Source of the DNA: Candidatus Heimdallarchaeota archaeon
GTDB taxonomy: Archaea; Asgardarchaeota; Wukongarchaeia; Wukongarchaeales; JBHIFL01
Assembly (NCBI GenBank): GCA_046761065.1
Contig: JBHIFL010000072.1
Span: 1 to 19,904, forward strand
Direction: 5' to 3'
Length of the DNA: 19,904 nucleotides
Position 1 is the stretch's first letter. Each line of letters begins with the position of its first letter. The position numbers were made by a program, and so were the translations under genes. Positions 15,461-19,904 of the stretch are shown here, piece by piece. Below the pieces are notes generated by a model. The model saw nothing but the letters and a program-made list of their open reading frames with translations, had not been told where the DNA came from and made no database searches.

Positions 15461-17377
15461 ATGGAGAACGAAAAATTGAATCGAGTGAGTAAAATCATAG
15501 CTTATGCTCTCATTCTATCGATGTTTCTGTATCTTCCAGGTTGTATTGGCCAAGAAGCAGAAACGATTACAGAGACCCAGGTGCAAACAGCAACAGAGAC
15601 CCAGATCGAAACAGTGAAACCAACAACACCACCCACCGAGTTCCTGAGTCCATATATTGGGAGTGGAAAATTAGATGGCAAAGGGATTCCGACAAACTTC
15701 TTTACCGATATCGATGTGAGGAAGGGCTTTGCCTATTGCATGGATTGGGACACGCTCATAGACGATGTTTTCTTGGGCGAGGCTGTCCAGCCAGCAACTC
15801 CCATCATCGAGGGATTAGCATACCACAATCCAGACCAGGTAGGATATACTCTTGATCTCACAAAAGCGGAGGAGCACTTCAAGAAGGCGTGGAACGGTGA
15901 AGTCTGGGAGAAGGGATTCAGTTTTACAATTACCTACAATATCGGAAATGAATACCGACGGGTTTCAAGTGAGCTTATTAAGAGAAATGCCGAATCCCTT
16001 AATGAAAAATTCATGATCTACGTCAGAGGTGTACCTTGGCCTACATTCCTTAGTGCTCTAGTCGATGGAACTGGGCCGATGTTTGCGATTGGTTGGCTTG
16101 CCGACTATCCAGATCCCCATAACTTCGCGCATCCATTCATGCATAGCACTGGTGATTTCGCTGGTTTCACCCATTTCAAAGATCCGGAAATTGATGATCT
16201 GATTGAAAGAGGAATTAGGGAAACGGATCCAGCCAAAAGACAAGAAATTTACTATGAGCTTCAGCGGCTCTATGTCGAAAAAGTTCCAAGTATTCCCCTC
16301 TACCAATCCACAGCTCGTTACACTTTTCAAGATTGGATTCAAGGATGGTATCATCAACCCATAGATCCCGGGTTCTACTGGTATCACTTGTGGAAAACCC
16401 CAGGCGCAAAGAACCAAGACAGGGCGGTTGTGACAACGATCGGGGGGCCGCAAACGGTCGACCCTGCGTGGTCTTACGATACAGCCAGTGCGCATCTCAT
16501 AATGAACGTCTATGATCCGTTGATCAAGTTCTATGTTGACCCAGCCAAGACATGGCCAAAGGGACAAACCCCCGAAGAGCTGACACAAGCGACTGATAAG
16601 TTCGATCCTTGGCTCGCGACGGAAGTCCCAACGGTTGCGAATGGCGGGATCAGCCCCGACGGGTTGACATATACCTTCCACCTTCGAGAAGGTATTAAAT
16701 TCACGAACGGGGCAGACATGACAGCTGAAGATGTCGAATACTCTATCGAGCGAGGCATGGTGATGGATCGGGCTGGCGGACCACAGTGGATGTTCTATGA
16801 GCCATTACTAGGGGTTTTTGGTAGTCGTGATTCCGATGGCAACATCCAAGTGTCCTTCGAAGACATTGATAACGCAATAGAAGTAGTTGACACCTACACA
16901 GTTAGATTCAATCTTGCGATTCCCTATGGTCCCTTCTTGACTGTTCTAGCGCAATGTTGGGGTTCGGTCCTTGATAAGGACTGGGCCATCGCACAGGGTT
17001 GCTGGGACGGGAACCCAGAGACCTGGACGGACTATAACAATCCAGAGGTTTCACCACTGGATGACCCGAAGCATGTAATGATGGGAACAGGTCCCTTCAA
17101 ATTTGACCACTTTGATACAGAAGTTGAATGGTTGATCGTTCGAAACGAGAACTTTTGGCATCCTAACGGACCAGCTTACTTCAGTCAAGTCCTTCTGACT
17201 ATCGATCATGAGTGGGCAGCAAGAAAGCTGAAAATGTTGGCTGGGGACGTAGATTTCTGCGCTCCTGAGACTATTGCGGATGCGATAGAGCTTGGGAAGG
17301 TTGAAGGGATTACTTCCATACCAGGTTTCGTCAATCTAGTCTGCGGTGCAATGTTCTTTAACTTCGACATCCAATAG
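15461..17377 (+). CDS. dppA: Peptide/nickel ABC transporter substrate-binding protein (family 5), lipoprotein-like, apparently circularly permuted
   Basis: Signal peptide with LPGC lipobox-like site and a Thr-rich linker. Family-5 motifs include DVRKGFAY, GWLADYPDP, TVDPA..YDTAS, YTFHLREGIKF, TAEDVEYS and GTGPFK. Lies upstream of dppBCD. Confidence 0.9.
   Translation: MENEKLNRVSKIIAYALILSMFLYLPGCIGQEAETITETQVQTATETQIETVKPTTPPTEFLSPYIGSGKLDGKGIPTNFFTDIDVRKGFAYCMDWDTLIDDVFLGEAVQPATPIIEGLAYHNPDQVGYTLDLTKAEEHFKKAWNGEVWEKGFSFTITYNIGNEYRRVSSELIKRNAESLNEKFMIYVRGVPWPTFLSALVDGTGPMFAIGWLADYPDPHNFAHPFMHSTGDFAGFTHFKDPEIDDLIERGIRETDPAKRQEIYYELQRLYVEKVPSIPLYQSTARYTFQDWIQGWYHQPIDPGFYWYHLWKTPGAKNQDRAVVTTIGGPQTVDPAWSYDTASAHLIMNVYDPLIKFYVDPAKTWPKGQTPEELTQATDKFDPWLATEVPTVANGGISPDGLTYTFHLREGIKFTNGADMTAEDVEYSIERGMVMDRAGGPQWMFYEPLLGVFGSRDSDGNIQVSFEDIDNAIEVVDTYTVRFNLAIPYGPFLTVLAQCWGSVLDKDWAIAQGCWDGNPETWTDYNNPEVSPLDDPKHVMMGTGPFKFDHFDTEVEWLIVRNENFWHPNGPAYFSQVLLTIDHEWAARKLKMLAGDVDFCAPETIADAIELGKVEGITSIPGFVNLVCGAMFFNFDIQ
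15569..15616 (+). repeat. 24-bp tandem duplication encoding the Thr-rich linker (TETQVQTA/TETQIETV)
   Basis: ACAGAGACCCAG at 15569 and 15593. Confidence 0.6.
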
Positions 17378-17420
17378 GAATAGTACTAAACCAACTTAAC
17401 TTCCCACCTATCCTAACATT

Positions 17421-17432
17421 CCCCCTTTTTTT
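17421..17432 (+). terminator. Probable pyrimidine/oligo-T terminator or attenuator after dppA
   Basis: CCCCCTTTTTTT about 45 nt after the dppA stop. Confidence 0.45.
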
Positions 17433-17672
17433 AGTAATTCAATTATTTTTAATATAATATACTATGGGATTAGCAAACATTTGGATATCTCAATTCTGCG
17501 AAAAGAAGGGAAACTTGATTTCACATATGGATGTTCCAAAGGATGTTAGCACGAAGGATTTCTTCCATGAAACCTTCGATCTTACAGATCGATCCCTACA
17601 ATTGAAGAAAATGGATGTTGCTTTAGTTAGGTTTTTAAACTTGCGAAAGAGATACTATTGGAGATTTTTTCC

Positions 17673-18707
17673 ATGAAACTTCGGCATTACGTTATACGAC
17701 GGCTTATATTATTGGTTCCAACTCTTCTAGGAGCAACCTTACTTATTTTTGCCGTATTACAACTATTCACTCCTGTGCAGAGGGCTGCCCTCTATATAGA
17801 GAGTGAAAATCAGTTAGATGCCATTCCACAAATAATCCAAACGTATCATTTAGATGACCCACTTTACATTCAATACTTAGTCTGGATAAGGGAGATCCTT
17901 TCAGGTAATTTGGGATGGTCTCGAGCATTTAATTTACCAGTGGGAACTTTGATTAGAAACTTCTTACCAGCCACACTTGAACTAACTCTCTTCTCTGCAC
18001 CTATCATCGTGATTTTAGGAATCCGCCTAGGCATTATTGCTGCAGCAAATAAAGATAAAATGGCAGACCATGTGACAAGATTTACATCAATCATTGGATG
18101 GTCTCTCCCATCCTTCTGGATTGGTATTATATTACTTGCGATATTTTACGGGCAATTTGGATTCTTTGGAACCGGGAGACTGGGATTAGATGCGAATATA
18201 TATGTGAAGAGCTCTGAAGAATTTGTCAGGTACACCCAGCTTAACACAATTGATGCGTTATTGAACGGGGAATACTGGATTTTCATTGACGCGCTTAAAC
18301 ATCTCGTGCTTCCGGTGATCAGTTTGACAATTCAAATAGTCGCTTTAATCATTAGGATTATGCGGTCAAGTATGCTTGAGGCACTTAGCAAGGGCTACAT
18401 CCTCACAGCACGGGCGAAAGGCATATCCACGAAGGATGTAATAAATAAACACGCTAGGAAGAATGCCATGATTCCAGTGTTAACTGTTACAGGGTTGCTA
18501 TTGGCAGGAATGATAACCGGTTTGACTATAACAGAAATTGTTTTCAGCTATCAGGGAATTGGATTCATGTATGCAACTGCCGCCATTCAAATTGATATTC
18601 CCGCTGTTCTGGGGTTCGTTCTCTTGGTAGGAGTGGTCTTTGTATTAGCAAATCTTTTAGTAGACATTTTATATGCATTTGTCGATCCACGGGTTCGATT
18701 GGGGTAA
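17673..18707 (+). CDS. dppB: Peptide ABC transporter permease
   Basis: YVIRRL, LDDPLYIQY, LPATLEL, LPSFW, IMRSSMLE...YILTARAKG, DILYAFVDPRVR. ATG 17673 preferred over TTG 17658. Confidence 0.93.
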   Translation: MKLRHYVIRRLILLVPTLLGATLLIFAVLQLFTPVQRAALYIESENQLDAIPQIIQTYHLDDPLYIQYLVWIREILSGNLGWSRAFNLPVGTLIRNFLPATLELTLFSAPIIVILGIRLGIIAAANKDKMADHVTRFTSIIGWSLPSFWIGIILLAIFYGQFGFFGTGRLGLDANIYVKSSEEFVRYTQLNTIDALLNGEYWIFIDALKHLVLPVISLTIQIVALIIRIMRSSMLEALSKGYILTARAKGISTKDVINKHARKNAMIPVLTVTGLLLAGMITGLTITEIVFSYQGIGFMYATAAIQIDIPAVLGFVLLVGVVFVLANLLVDILYAFVDPRVRLG

Positions 18708-18712
18708 CCGAG

Positions 18713-19648
18713 ATGGTAGTAGCACGGATGAGACGATTCCGAAAGGACGCAGCACCTACGATACGAGAATTAAAATTTTCCCTGAATAGGTTAAAGAAAA
18801 GTCCCCTGTCAATTATTGGGATTTCGATAATCGTGTTTTTCGTTATGATTGCCGTATTTGCACCTGTTCTCGCGCCCACCCCCGAGGGTTGGCGAGATCC
18901 TTATATAATCCCCCATGAGGGATTTTCCCCCGTACCAGAACCCCCTAACGAGCAACACCCGTTTGGTAAAGCATCAGGAGAATTCGATATCTACTACGGT
19001 TGTATCTGGGGGACCAGAACTGCTTTTGTCGTTGGCATAGTTGTTGTAGGTTGTAATGTATTGATTAGTATAGGGGTCGGGAGCATCTCAGGATACTACG
19101 GAGGCATCGTTGATGAGATTATGATGCGATTTACCGATGTAATCATCGCATTTCCTGGCCTCATCCTCGCGATAGCGCTGGTAACAGCCTTAGGCCCAAG
19201 TTTGGGGAATATAATGAAGGCACTCATCTTAGTTGGATGGCCTGGTTACTCGAGGGTAGTTCGTGGAGAAGTCCTCACTATTAAGCAGAATGACTATGTG
19301 GAAGCATCCAAAGCTATTGGGTGTTCGGATTTTCGGGTGATTGCCAGACATATCTTACCTAACGCTATCTATCCATTACTGATCATGGCTTCCCTAGATG
19401 TGGGAGCTATCGTGTTAACAGAAGCGGCATTAAGCTTTCTTGGGTTGGGTCCTCCTATCGGGTTTGCGGATTGGGGCCAAATGATCTCCTTCTCGCGTAA
19501 TTGGATAGTTGGGCCACCGGGGGAACCATATCTATACTGGTACACATACATCATACCAGGAGTGTTTATTTTCACTTTCGTCCTAGGCTGGAACTTACTC
19601 GGTGACGCATTCAGAGATATTTTAGACCCAACATTAAGAAGGAGATAG
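18713..19648 (+). CDS. dppC: Peptide ABC transporter permease
   Basis: HPFG, GYYGGIVDEIMMRFTD, YVEASKAIG, HILPN, EAALSFLGLG, WNLLGDAFRDILDP. Confidence 0.93.
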   Translation: MVVARMRRFRKDAAPTIRELKFSLNRLKKSPLSIIGISIIVFFVMIAVFAPVLAPTPEGWRDPYIIPHEGFSPVPEPPNEQHPFGKASGEFDIYYGCIWGTRTAFVVGIVVVGCNVLISIGVGSISGYYGGIVDEIMMRFTDVIIAFPGLILAIALVTALGPSLGNIMKALILVGWPGYSRVVRGEVLTIKQNDYVEASKAIGCSDFRVIARHILPNAIYPLLIMASLDVGAIVLTEAALSFLGLGPPIGFADWGQMISFSRNWIVGPPGEPYLYWYTYIIPGVFIFTFVLGWNLLGDAFRDILDPTLRRR

Positions 19649-19659
19649 GGGATTAGATA

Positions 19660-19904
19660 ATGGAACAACGAGCAAGAGATCTCCTCAAGATTGAAGACCT
19701 TGTACTGAGATTCTATACATATGAAGGAGTAGTAAAAGCCCTCGAGAAGGTTAATCTAATTATGAAAGAGGGAGAAACATTAGGAGTTGTTGGTGAGACT
19801 GGCTGTGGAAAAACGATGACCGGACTCTCAACTTTATTCTTAACTCCATCCCCTGGAAAGATCGAGGCAGGAAAAATCCAATTCATGAGTAAAGATGGCC
19901 CGAT
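19660..19904 (+). CDS. dppD: Peptide ABC transporter ATP-binding subunit, 5' part (truncated by the window edge)
   Basis: Own translation from ATG 19660: MEQRARDLLKIEDLVLRFYTYEGVVKALEKVNLIMKEGETLGVVGETGCGKT..., with Walker A GETGCGKT. Confidence 0.9.
   Translation, partial: MEQRARDLLKIEDLVLRFYTYEGVVKALEKVNLIMKEGETLGVVGETGCGKTMTGLSTLFLTPSPGKIEAGKIQFMSKDGP

Noticed and set aside
240-19668. Numerous overlapping or antisense ORFs in the track (e.g. 1260-1667, 4680-5132, 6561-7079, 9367-9846, 16058-16681)
   Set aside because: They are shadows of well-supported genes or gene remnants and show no recognisable motifs or RBS.
1-19904. CRISPR array, tRNA/rRNA, IS elements, integrase
   Set aside because: No regularly spaced repeats, cloverleaf or rRNA-like sequence, or transposase/recombinase motifs were seen.

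Overview
Archaeal genomic window, judged from BRE/TATA-type promoters, GGTGA/GGAGG ribosome-binding sites, NurA/HerA, a CdrS-like RHH protein and a PGF-CTERM-like anchor. The lineage cannot be fixed from sequence alone. Left (247-1821): an apparently intact NYN ribonuclease with a eukaryote-like (MARF1/limkain-type) architecture. 1818-5445: a patch of mostly damaged genes, namely a DUF1917/Bles03-like gene with hidden frameshifts, a secreted surface protein split by one in-frame TGA, an intact YkgJ CxxCxxCC protein, a broken membrane/zinc-ribbon gene and a HEAT-like fragment. Centre (5890-11322): a tightly coupled four-gene operon encoding a degenerate AAA+/winged-helix protein, a 300-aa unknown, NurA nuclease and HerA ATPase, with no mre11/rad50. 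This is the best candidate for an undescribed DNA-processing or defence system. Right (11927-19904): RHH regulator, MBL hydrolase, pepD and a dpp/opp peptide ABC operon whose substrate-binding protein appears circularly permuted. All family calls are by motif recognition; no searches were run.
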